62,196 nucleotides of DNA from an uncultured Enterobacteriaceae bacterium (GTDB lineage: Bacteria; Pseudomonadota; Gammaproteobacteria; Eutrophobiales; Eutrophobiaceae): contig CAYMPA010000002.1 of assembly GCA_964392105.1 (NCBI GenBank), positions 1 through 62,196 on the forward strand. Direction: 5' to 3'. Shown here one piece after another: positions 11,572-20,933 of this stretch (position 1 is its first letter; each line of letters starts with the position of its first letter). Below the pieces are notes generated by a model. It worked only from the letters and a program-made list of their open reading frames with translations. It was not told where the DNA came from and ran no database searches. The translations under genes were made by a program, and so were the position numbers.

Positions 11572-12342
11572 ATGCATCCAATGCTCAACATTGCTATACG
11601 TGCTGCTCGTACAGCTGGAGATCTTATTGTACGTGAAATGGATCGCGTAAGTGACATTTCTGTTGATGTCAAAGGTAAAAATGATTTTGTCACGGAAGTC
11701 GATAGGCAAGCCGAATTCGCCATTATAAATACCATTAAACATTCATATCCAGAACATGCCTTTCTGGGCGAAGAAAGTGGTAAATCCGGTGATAGTGATT
11801 TCCTATGGATTATCGACCCCCTGGATGGTACTACTAATTTTTTACATGGCTTCCCTCATTTTGCTGTATCAATCGCTCTACAACACAAAGGTCGTCTGGA
11901 TCAAGCCGTGATCTATGACCCGCTTAAACAAGAATTATTCACGGCTTCAAAAGGTAAGGGCGCACAACTTAATAATAAAAAAATTCGTGTTAGCACACAT
12001 AAAATTCTGGATGGTGCATTACTCGGTACTGGTTTTCCTTTTAGAGATGAACATCAGATGAATAGTTTTATATCCAGTTTTCAGGCATTGTTTCCTATGG
12101 TAGCTGGAATCAGACGTGCCGGTGCAGCTTCATTAGATCTTGCCTATGTTGCATGTGGTCGCTTGGATGGTTTTTGGGAATATGATCTTAAACCTTGGGA
12201 TATTGCTGCCGGTGCATTGATCGTGCAAGAAGCGGGTGGGATAAATAGTGAAATATCAGGAGGCGTTAACTTTATGGAGAGTGGCAGTATCATTTCAGCA
12301 AACCCCAAAATAATTAAAGCAATATTACAAAAAATATCATGA
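11572..12342 (+). CDS. suhB: Inositol-1-monophosphatase SuhB
   Basis: LGEE..WIIDPLDGTTNF..WDIAAG motifs. 256 aa. Confidence 0.9.
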   Translation: MHPMLNIAIRAARTAGDLIVREMDRVSDISVDVKGKNDFVTEVDRQAEFAIINTIKHSYPEHAFLGEESGKSGDSDFLWIIDPLDGTTNFLHGFPHFAVSIALQHKGRLDQAVIYDPLKQELFTASKGKGAQLNNKKIRVSTHKILDGALLGTGFPFRDEHQMNSFISSFQALFPMVAGIRRAGAASLDLAYVACGRLDGFWEYDLKPWDIAAGALIVQEAGGINSEISGGVNFMESGSIISANPKIIKAILQKIS

Positions 12343-12440
12343 TCATGCCTAATTAGTCAGCATTTAATAAAGAGTTCCTTAAATAAAAAGTGATACACTT
12401 AAATCGTTATAAGTCAATTATTCTAGAATAAATAATTAAT

Positions 12441-13385
12441 ATGAAGAAACGTATCTTAGTAACAGGGGGAGCAGGTTTCTTAGGTTCTCACATATGTAAA
12501 AAACTACTTTATGAAGGCAATGAAGTGATTTGCCTTGATAACTTTTATACAGGCTCAAAAGACAATATTATCGATCTATTGGATAATCCTTATTTTGAGG
12601 TTCTTCGTCACGATATTACATTTCCAATCTACATTGAAGTCGATCAAATATATAACCTCGCCTGCCCTGCCAGCCCCGTGTATTACCAAAAATATCCAAT
12701 CCAGACAACAAAGACTAGTATATCTGGAGCAATCAATGTCCTTGGTCTCGCAAAACGATTAAATATACCGATACTGCAAGCATCAACAAGTGAAATTTAT
12801 GGTGATCCAACGGTACATCCACAGACCGAAGATTATTGGGGGAATGTCAGTTGCACTGGTATACGTTCATGTTATGACGAAGGTAAACGATGTGCAGAAA
12901 CCCTGTTTTTTGATTATCATCGCGAGCTCGGGCTTGATATCAGGGTTGCCAGAATATTCAATACATATGGGCCAAATATGGCAATAAATGATGGCCGCGT
13001 TGTCAGTAACTTTATAGTACAAGCAATCTCTGGCAAGGAAATTACTATTTATGGCGATGGGCACCAAACAAGATCATTATGCTATGTGGACGACCTTATT
13101 CAAGGACTAATATCGTTAATGAATACGAGCCAAATTCACGAACCTGTCAATCTTGGCAACCCGATTGAATTATCAATCAAGCAAATCGCTGAAAAGATAA
13201 TTGAATTATCCGGCAGTCAATCGAAGTTAATAAACCTGCCATTGCCGGAGGATGATCCAAAACAACGCTGCCCGGACATAACTAAAGCAAAAGAACTAAT
13301 AGGCTGGACACCAACTACTAAACTAGAAGATGGTCTAAGTAGTACTATTAAGTATTTCAATAATATTCTTTCTGACAAAGCTTGA
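12441..13385 (+). CDS. UDP-glucuronate decarboxylase (UDP-xylose synthase), SDR family
   Basis: Near full-length resemblance to UXS enzymes: [77 protein letters not shown]. Confidence 0.9.
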   Translation: MKKRILVTGGAGFLGSHICKKLLYEGNEVICLDNFYTGSKDNIIDLLDNPYFEVLRHDITFPIYIEVDQIYNLACPASPVYYQKYPIQTTKTSISGAINVLGLAKRLNIPILQASTSEIYGDPTVHPQTEDYWGNVSCTGIRSCYDEGKRCAETLFFDYHRELGLDIRVARIFNTYGPNMAINDGRVVSNFIVQAISGKEITIYGDGHQTRSLCYVDDLIQGLISLMNTSQIHEPVNLGNPIELSIKQIAEKIIELSGSQSKLINLPLPEDDPKQRCPDITKAKELIGWTPTTKLEDGLSSTIKYFNNILSDKA

Positions 13386-13539
13386 TTAAACTAACAAACT
13401 CTAACAAATTGAATCTGTCGAAAGTAATAATTACATATTTAACTAATGAGTTATAGCATGAACTTAGCATATACCTGGTATCGCTGCTCTAGTCATGACA
13501 CTGTATAATTTACTTACTTATCATCCCAAATAGCCTTTC

Positions 13540-15171
13540 ATGACAAATGATGAAACCACAATTTCAAATACAATAACTAAAAAAATATATAGACAACTAT
13601 TTTCAAGCTATAGCTTAATTGCACTCCTTGTAATTGCTATATCAATTTTTTACTTTACGTTTACATCCAATGACCGTGTAGCTGGAATATTTTCAGATGA
13701 TGCCATGTACCTGTTGCAGGCAGAACTTTATTCTCCGTGGAAGTCTGAAGAATCACCTGTTTTAGATCTTGTCCGTAAAGTGAGCCGATTCCCTCCGTTA
13801 TATCCTATTGTACTTGGATTAATGGGTGTTGATTCACATCACACTGTACTTGCCGCACAGATATCATGCGGCATTTTATTACTATCAATTATGATTTTTG
13901 GAATATGGACATGGCACGAAAGTGATCAATTAAATCTTACAATAACAATTCTTATTTTACTTGCCCTCTTACCTAGTACTTTAATTATGTCTCAAGGTTT
14001 GTGGAGTGAGTTCCTATTTATGTGCTTTATCTATTCTGCCTTTCTTTGCAGTGACAGCAAAATTAAACCCGGCCAAAAATGGTTAGCCACTGCATTGTTA
14101 ATCGCCTTATCAACGCTTACTCGCTCTATTGGTATCGCCATCGCTACCGCATTTATTCTCTTATTACTGTTAAAGCGCACTAAAAACAGATTGGTTTACA
14201 TAGTATCTGTCCTTTCACCTTTTCTACTATGGACTTTTAGTAGAAATATAGTACAAAATCACCCAAGTTATTTTGATGACTTGTTAACAATCTCTGCAGG
14301 ATTTTCATTAGCCCACATATTCGAAGTGATGGCCACCCGCCTTGCAACACTGGTTGACTCATGGAGTTGGCTTTTTTCAATTGTTGAATCTTATGGTATA
14401 TACCGTTATTTAACTGTTTTTGTAGCAATGATACTTTTTGTTTTTGCAGTTTTAGGTTTTTTCATGCGAATAAAACAGTTAAAACTCGATGCTTTGAGCA
14501 TACCTTTTTATTTAGCTGTCATCTTGATCTGGCCATATCAAAATGTATTTTTTGTATCCCGTTTTTTATATCCTTTATTACCGCTTTTCCTGTTTTATAT
14601 GTGGATTGGCATACAATCTCTTCCTACTAACAAAAAGATGCATAACCTGATAATTACTCTTTGGGTTTTATCGATTATCTCAATTGCATACCCATCCTCC
14701 AGGCAGTTTATAGACAGAGGTTATAAAGAAATTCCTAGTGAATTGATGCCTTATCGGCGTAGCCGTAACTGGCTGCTTCCGACAACAAACGAAATAGCCC
14801 TGAAACAAGTATCATTTAATAAGACAATTATCGAAATGCTTCCTGAAATAGCCAAGCATATACCCATGAATGAATGTGTATATGCATATCAGGCACCAAT
14901 CATAATATTATATACTCATAGAATTAGTGGTATTTTCCCTCCCTATACCGATTCCACTGCGGAATTTGAGAACCAGACTAAAGCTTGTAATTTCTTTTTA
15001 GCCATGAATATTACTGATCTTAATAATTCTTACCCACCTTTTTATCCCCAACAACACATTAATGAAGATCATGGATATGATGTGAAACAGTTTTTTTCTG
15101 ACTCTACCAAGGATGATAAAACCAGTATTCTTTTGATTCGACGCATCAATAAAAATAAACATAATAATTAG
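13540..15171 (+). CDS. Polytopic membrane protein, GT-C-like (ArnT/PMT-like) glycosyltransferase candidate
   Basis: 543 aa with more than 10 predicted TM helices. An acidic motif, FSDDAMYLL, sits in the first extracytoplasmic loop. It is a paralogue of the next gene. Confidence 0.6.
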   Translation: MTNDETTISNTITKKIYRQLFSSYSLIALLVIAISIFYFTFTSNDRVAGIFSDDAMYLLQAELYSPWKSEESPVLDLVRKVSRFPPLYPIVLGLMGVDSHHTVLAAQISCGILLLSIMIFGIWTWHESDQLNLTITILILLALLPSTLIMSQGLWSEFLFMCFIYSAFLCSDSKIKPGQKWLATALLIALSTLTRSIGIAIATAFILLLLLKRTKNRLVYIVSVLSPFLLWTFSRNIVQNHPSYFDDLLTISAGFSLAHIFEVMATRLATLVDSWSWLFSIVESYGIYRYLTVFVAMILFVFAVLGFFMRIKQLKLDALSIPFYLAVILIWPYQNVFFVSRFLYPLLPLFLFYMWIGIQSLPTNKKMHNLIITLWVLSIISIAYPSSRQFIDRGYKEIPSELMPYRRSRNWLLPTTNEIALKQVSFNKTIIEMLPEIAKHIPMNECVYAYQAPIIILYTHRISGIFPPYTDSTAEFENQTKACNFFLAMNITDLNNSYPPFYPQQHINEDHGYDVKQFFSDSTKDDKTSILLIRRINKNKHNN

Positions 15172-15182
15172 ATATTTTTCAT

Positions 15183-16733
15183 ATGAAATATAATATATTT
15201 AAATACGACTCTTTATCCCTTCATTATGCATTCGCTATATTTTTTCTAATTGTTTATTCGTATGTAAGTTTAAACTTCGTTTGGCATGATAATTTATCGA
15301 CATTTGCCAGTGACAGTGCTAATTACATGCTAATGGGACTCTATATGTCGCCATGGAAAGAGGCATCACCTCCAATACAAGCTTTATGGCAATTTCAAGA
15401 TTTCCCGCCTTTTTTCCCCTTTATTCTTGCTATCACTGGCACTGTTCACAATATGTATGCTGCTCATATTATGACAACAATATTCCTGATTATTTCTTTA
15501 CCACTAATTTATATGATTTCTAGAAGATACTTTGCATCAAACTGGCAAGCATTAGGCATAACAATAATTTTTTCATTGAGCCCATCAACATGGCTAAACA
15601 ACCTTGGTATTTTAAGCGAGAATCTTTATATATACATAAGTTTATTGGTTCTCATGTTATTTCCTAATCAGAGTAAATCTGAACTATCTTTTTCCGTTTT
15701 ACTAGGCTTGCTTTTTACACTACTTATATTGACAAGAACAATAGGTGTGTCAATGTTTTTCGCCTATATAATAGTCGGATTTGTTATGTGGAAAAATAAA
15801 TCACTATCCATATATAAATTCATTACACCTATTATCCTAACAATATCATTAACCTTACTTTCAAAATTAATTAATCAAGCTACTGTCCCATCACAATATA
15901 TTCAACAATTCAGTGAATTAAATATATTCGGACAACCAGAAGTATTACTCGAAGCATGGTTTGCAGCCTGGCAGTACTACTGGGTTGATGATTTAATTAT
16001 TCCACACCTACTTGTACTATTAATCGGTATATTAGCGTGCATAGGAATAATTATTAGATTACGACAATTAAAATTAGATGCATTTTATGTATTGTTGTAC
16101 CTGTGTATATTATTGGTATGGCCTCATCCCGGGCAAGCACTAAGATTTATATATCCAATTCATGCTCTATTAATAATATATGCTTTTTTTGCTGTTTATA
16201 TAATTACTAAAAACTTAACATCCATACCAACAGGAAAACCCGTTTTTCTTTTATTACTTATATCGTTTGCTACAATTGGACCAACACTTTCATATTTATG
16301 GCATAGATACCATACTGGCAAGGAATATGGTTACCATCATATCCTCGAATTTTACAGGTTTCCGGATCTTAAACACGCAAGAAATATTGCCTCAACACAA
16401 ATGACTATGTTTGAAGACATGAATACTATTGAATTAATGACTGATACAGAAGAGACTATTCTGCACTTTGCCCCTGTATACATAGCGCTATTAGCCAATC
16501 GCCATAGCCAAAGCATATCTTTTAGTTATTCTGATGAAGATTTATATAAAGTAAATAATATTAGTGATGCAGAGTATGTTTATATCAGCAGAATTCACCC
16601 AAGAAAAACAAGAAAAAATATAAATGGTTTAGATTTACAAGTGTATTTCAATGGTACAACCGAACCATTATGGACACACCACTCTGAGGAAAATGGAGAA
16701 CCTGTATCTGTATTTTTAAAAACGATTAAATGA
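15183..16733 (+). CDS. Polytopic membrane protein, GT-C-like, tandem paralogue of 13540-15171
   Basis: 516 aa. Collinear motifs shared with the upstream gene: SDSANYMLMGLYMSPWK, FPPFFPFILA, LTRTIGVSM, RLRQLKLDAFYVLLYLCILLVWPH. Confidence 0.6.
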   Translation: MKYNIFKYDSLSLHYAFAIFFLIVYSYVSLNFVWHDNLSTFASDSANYMLMGLYMSPWKEASPPIQALWQFQDFPPFFPFILAITGTVHNMYAAHIMTTIFLIISLPLIYMISRRYFASNWQALGITIIFSLSPSTWLNNLGILSENLYIYISLLVLMLFPNQSKSELSFSVLLGLLFTLLILTRTIGVSMFFAYIIVGFVMWKNKSLSIYKFITPIILTISLTLLSKLINQATVPSQYIQQFSELNIFGQPEVLLEAWFAAWQYYWVDDLIIPHLLVLLIGILACIGIIIRLRQLKLDAFYVLLYLCILLVWPHPGQALRFIYPIHALLIIYAFFAVYIITKNLTSIPTGKPVFLLLLISFATIGPTLSYLWHRYHTGKEYGYHHILEFYRFPDLKHARNIASTQMTMFEDMNTIELMTDTEETILHFAPVYIALLANRHSQSISFSYSDEDLYKVNNISDAEYVYISRIHPRKTRKNINGLDLQVYFNGTTEPLWTHHSEENGEPVSVFLKTIK

Positions 16734-16775
16734 ATAATTAGGTAATTATCGTGCAAAAACGTCATAATATATTTT

Positions 16776-17810
16776 TTACAATAATGGTTTCCCATTTTTC
16801 ACTCTTTCATAATCTGATTTAACCATTATTTCAGCAAGTTGCTCAAATGTAACTGTTGGTTTCCAGCCTAATATATCTTTCGCCTTACTTGAGTCCCCTT
16901 GTAACATATCAACTTCTGAAGGGCGGAAATATTTCTCATTAATTGTAATTAATTTTTTTCCCTTATTCTTATCAATTGCATATTCATTTAACCCTTCCCC
17001 AGACCATTCCAGGTCAAATCCAACAGACTCAGCTGCTACCGTAATAAATTCTTTAATTGTGTGTGATTCTCCGGTTGCAATAACATATTCATCTGCATTT
17101 TCCTGTTGTAACATTTCCCACATCGCAGACACATAATCTTTTGCGTAACCCCAGTCTCTCTTAGAATATATATTGCCTAATTCAAAGGAGTCAAGATTCC
17201 CATCTATAATACTAGCTAATGAAGAAGTGATCTTCCTGGTTACAAACTCTATCCCTCTAAATTCCGACTCATGATTGAATAAGATCCCAGCAGAAGCGTG
17301 CAGTCCATATGCCTCTCTATAGTTAACCGTAATAGTATGTGCAAATAACTTCGCTGCGGAATAGGGACTCCGAGGATAAAAAGGTGTTGTTTCTATTTGA
17401 GGAATTTCCTTTGGTACACCAAATAACTCGGATGTTGATGCTTGATAAAATTTTATTTCTGGATTAACTGCTCTAATTGCCTCTAACACTTTCAATACGC
17501 CGACAGCATCTACTTCAGCTGTATAAATTGGTTGTTCGAATGATCCTTTAACAAAGCTTTGTGCAGCTAAATTATAAATTTCATCAGGCTGTATTTCTTC
17601 AATTACGCTTAATATATTTGAATATTCCAGCAGTTCAAACGGTATCATTTTTATGTCACCTTCAATACCTAATTCGTTAAGACGCCAAGTAATTGGTGAT
17701 GAGCTACGTCTGTATGCACCATATACTTCGTAGTCTTTATCTAGGAGAAACTGTGACAAAAATGCACCATCTTGCCCTGTAATCCCTGTAATTAACGCTT
17801 TTTTGACCAT
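16776..17810 (-). CDS. gmd: GDP-mannose 4,6-dehydratase
   Basis: KKALITGITGQDGAFLSQFLL..YEVYG..RRSS, YAAAK, NHES..RG motifs. 344 aa. Confidence 0.92.
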   Translation of the reverse strand: MVKKALITGITGQDGAFLSQFLLDKDYEVYGAYRRSSSPITWRLNELGIEGDIKMIPFELLEYSNILSVIEEIQPDEIYNLAAQSFVKGSFEQPIYTAEVDAVGVLKVLEAIRAVNPEIKFYQASTSELFGVPKEIPQIETTPFYPRSPYSAAKLFAHTITVNYREAYGLHASAGILFNHESEFRGIEFVTRKITSSLASIIDGNLDSFELGNIYSKRDWGYAKDYVSAMWEMLQQENADEYVIATGESHTIKEFITVAAESVGFDLEWSGEGLNEYAIDKNKGKKLITINEKYFRPSEVDMLQGDSSKAKDILGWKPTVTFEQLAEIMVKSDYERVKNGKPLL

Positions 17811-17817
17811 AGTATAT

Positions 17818-18798
17818 TTAGACTAATGTTTTATATAATTGGATATATTTTTTAATCATACTTTCAAGTTTGAATTTATTAACAATCTTATTTCTCGCTT
17901 CCTGACCTAACATTGTACATAGATGTTTGTCTTTCGATAAGCGTATAACTGAATTAACAAAGGATGAAACATCATCTGTTGGGCATAATAATCCAGATTT
18001 ATTGTTGGTAATTAATTCCGGAATTGCGGAACAATTTGTAGAGATGGCAGGTTTAGCACATGCCATGGCTTCTGCCACCACATATCCAAATCCTTCGTAT
18101 CTGGTTGGGAAAAGTAATGCATCACATTCTTGATAATGTTTCATTAAATTCATTAGAGTTAATTCGCCTAACTTTATAATGTTATTATTCCCTTTTATAT
18201 CCCCTTGAGTGTAATACAGCACTATATTTTTGGGGAGTTTTTCCATTATTGGAAATAATAAATCGAACCCTTTTCTTTTGCTAGGTAAACCAACAAATAA
18301 TAATTTAAACTTATTATTTTCAGTATAATTATTTTTTGGTCTAAATAAGTTTGTATTTATGCCTGTATTTATTATCTGAATATTCTTTTCCGGAAAAGCA
18401 TTACTTAATTGATTGCCTGTATATTCGCTTATGGCTGTAATTACTGTTGCAGTATCAATACTGGAGTATTCATATCGCTTAATAAAATTATCATGATAGA
18501 ATTTCTGCGTTATAGATTTATAAGGCGATAGCGCTGGATCATGTACCCAATGAAATACAGAAATCACAGTAGGAATGTTAATTCGTGAAAAAGCAAATCC
18601 ATACCAACTATTTGTATGTATAATATCTATATTCTTTGGTGCTTTTATATACTGAAGCGGATAAGGCAAAACCTCAGCTAAATGCGGAAACCATGTAATC
18701 TCGATTTCAATTCCATTTTCCCTTAGCCCTTTAGCTAGATTAATGGTAAAAATATCTGCACCGGTATTAGCACGAATAGTTGGAAACCATATTTTCAT
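17818..18798 (-). CDS. Glycosyltransferase family 4 (GT-B fold)
   Basis: C-terminal EX7E region FPTRYEGFGYVVAEAMACAKPAISTNCSAIPELI. Confidence 0.8.
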   Translation of the reverse strand: MKIWFPTIRANTGADIFTINLAKGLRENGIEIEITWFPHLAEVLPYPLQYIKAPKNIDIIHTNSWYGFAFSRINIPTVISVFHWVHDPALSPYKSITQKFYHDNFIKRYEYSSIDTATVITAISEYTGNQLSNAFPEKNIQIINTGINTNLFRPKNNYTENNKFKLLFVGLPSKRKGFDLLFPIMEKLPKNIVLYYTQGDIKGNNNIIKLGELTLMNLMKHYQECDALLFPTRYEGFGYVVAEAMACAKPAISTNCSAIPELITNNKSGLLCPTDDVSSFVNSVIRLSKDKHLCTMLGQEARNKIVNKFKLESMIKKYIQLYKTLV

Positions 18799-18804
18799 TT
18801 AATT

Positions 18805-19989
18805 TTGAATGCGCCTAATCTAAAAATTGCTTTTGATGCAAGCCCCTTATTCGGTATTAAGGCTGGCATATATCAATATGTTAGCAATTTATCCGATTCC
18901 CTTCGACACTTGGATGATGATATTGAAATAGATTTTTATCTTGGGTCATCATGGAGCAAAAAAGATTTAGATATTAATTATTCAAATTATAGCCCCTACT
19001 CATTAAACATCATTAAAAGTGCCTTTGATATATTTGGTGAAAAAGGAAAATTAATTAGAAAAAACATCAATTATATTTACCAGAAAAGAATGTTTTATGG
19101 TGGTCTCAAAAAATACAAGCCAGACATCGTGCATTTTACCGGAAACTGTATTTACATGTCAGACATACCTACTATATTTACTTTTTATGACCTTTCCTGT
19201 TTCCGCTTCCCAGAAACACACCCTTACTCTCGAGTTGCATGGCAAGAAAAACATATACCAAAAGCCCTGGAACAATCATCACACATAATAACAATCTCAC
19301 AATTTTCGAAGAATGAACTAGTTTCGTATTTCGGCGTTAATCCTGAGCGTATCAGTGTTATCTATTGTGGTGTAAATGATTTTTTTTATCCCGTAGATAA
19401 GGATGCAATAAAAATTACTCTGAGTAATTATTCCTTACAATATAAACAATATATTTTGTCTGTTGGTACAATAGAGCCAAGAAAAAACTTAAATACTATA
19501 ATTCAAGCATACAGCAAACTACCTAAAGATATTCAAGATAATTATTCTCTGGTTATTGTAGGTGCTTATGGTTGGAAACAAAGTGATATTATACTACAAC
19601 ATTCACATTTGATAGAGAATGGTAAATTGGTTTTTCTTGGTTATGTAAAACAGGCTCATTTACCTGCTGTAATTTCCGGGGCATCTCTCGTTGCATACCC
19701 ATCTAGATATGAAGGATTTGGATTGCCCGTATTAGAATCCATGGCATGCGGAACACCTGTTATTTCATCAAATTCTAGTTCTATGCCAGAAATATTAAAT
19801 GATCCTGATATATTACTTGATCCAGATAATATACCTGCATGGACAGAAATAATTAAGAAAGTATTAAGCGATAATGAATATTCTGAAAATTTATCAAAAC
19901 AAGGCTTGGAAAGAGCGAAAAACTTTTCCTGGCATTCTTGTGCTGATCAAACATTTAAAACATATAATACGTTGATTAAACATTTCTGA
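18805..19989 (+). CDS. Glycosyltransferase family 4 (WbdB/WbpY-like mannosyl/rhamnosyl-transferase type)
   Basis: N-terminal FDASPLFGIKAGIYQYV and C-terminal PSRYEGFGLPVLESMACGTPVISSNSSSMPEI. The TTG start is needed to include the conserved N-terminus. Confidence 0.8.
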   Translation: MNAPNLKIAFDASPLFGIKAGIYQYVSNLSDSLRHLDDDIEIDFYLGSSWSKKDLDINYSNYSPYSLNIIKSAFDIFGEKGKLIRKNINYIYQKRMFYGGLKKYKPDIVHFTGNCIYMSDIPTIFTFYDLSCFRFPETHPYSRVAWQEKHIPKALEQSSHIITISQFSKNELVSYFGVNPERISVIYCGVNDFFYPVDKDAIKITLSNYSLQYKQYILSVGTIEPRKNLNTIIQAYSKLPKDIQDNYSLVIVGAYGWKQSDIILQHSHLIENGKLVFLGYVKQAHLPAVISGASLVAYPSRYEGFGLPVLESMACGTPVISSNSSSMPEILNDPDILLDPDNIPAWTEIIKKVLSDNEYSENLSKQGLERAKNFSWHSCADQTFKTYNTLIKHF

Positions 19990-20108
19990 AAATCAATCAA
20001 TCTATGAATATAAATCAAAAAATATTTTGTATTACACACGATTATATAAGGTTAATTAGTAATGATTAATATTTCGATGCCCATGTTTGATATCTGGAAT
20101 ATAGTGTT

Positions 20109-20933
20109 ATGACCTTTTCAAACTTTCACCTGAGACTTCTAGTTCAACTGAGAAACCTTTGGTCATACCGTGGCTTCGTCATAGGCAGTGTTAAACGTGA
20201 TTTTCAATCAAAATACCGTAACTCTATGTTAGGAATAGCATGGACAGTGCTTAATCCACTTTCTTTAATTATCATTTATACCGTAATTTTTTCACAAAAT
20301 ATGAAGGCCAAACTTCCTGATATTGATTCTTCTTTTGGCTATAGCATATATATATGTGCAGGCATCATAACATGGGGATTATTTGCCGAGATTGTCGGGC
20401 ACGGACAAACTGTATTTCTCGATAATGCAAATTTGCTGAAAAAGATTAGTTTCCCGCGTATTTGCTTACCTACCATTACTGTCCTCAGTGCAGGTCTCAA
20501 CTTTACCATTATCTTTTGTTTATTCATTGGTTTCCTGATAATAAGTGACAATTTTCCTGGTTGGGTTATTTTTTCAATCATCCCGGTCTTGATAATTCAA
20601 ATTGTATTCGCCATCGGATTAGGAGTTTCACTTGGTGTACTAAACGTTTTTTTTAGAGATGTTGGGCAATTCTTTACTATTTTTCTTCAATTCTGGTTCT
20701 GGCTTACACCTATCATATACCCGGCATCCATCCTCCCAGAAACAACGAGGCTGATGATATTGACATACAACCCTATGTCCCCTGTTATCGGTGCATATCA
20801 ATCAATTTTTGTAAGCGGTCAAGTACCAGTCTGGAACAATCTGATTATGCCATGTGCAGTTGCGATTTTACTTTGCCTGGTTGGAATGCGGCTTTTCCTT
20901 AAACATTCAGGCGAAATGGTGGATGAGCTCTAA
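20109..20933 (+). CDS. wzm: ABC-2 type polysaccharide export permease (Wzm)
   Basis: 274-aa six-TM ORF with the typical N-terminal YRGFVIGSVKRDFQSKYRNSMLGIAW. The stop overlaps the wzt start. Confidence 0.88.
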   Translation: MTFSNFHLRLLVQLRNLWSYRGFVIGSVKRDFQSKYRNSMLGIAWTVLNPLSLIIIYTVIFSQNMKAKLPDIDSSFGYSIYICAGIITWGLFAEIVGHGQTVFLDNANLLKKISFPRICLPTITVLSAGLNFTIIFCLFIGFLIISDNFPGWVIFSIIPVLIIQIVFAIGLGVSLGVLNVFFRDVGQFFTIFLQFWFWLTPIIYPASILPETTRLMILTYNPMSPVIGAYQSIFVSGQVPVWNNLIMPCAVAILLCLVGMRLFLKHSGEMVDEL

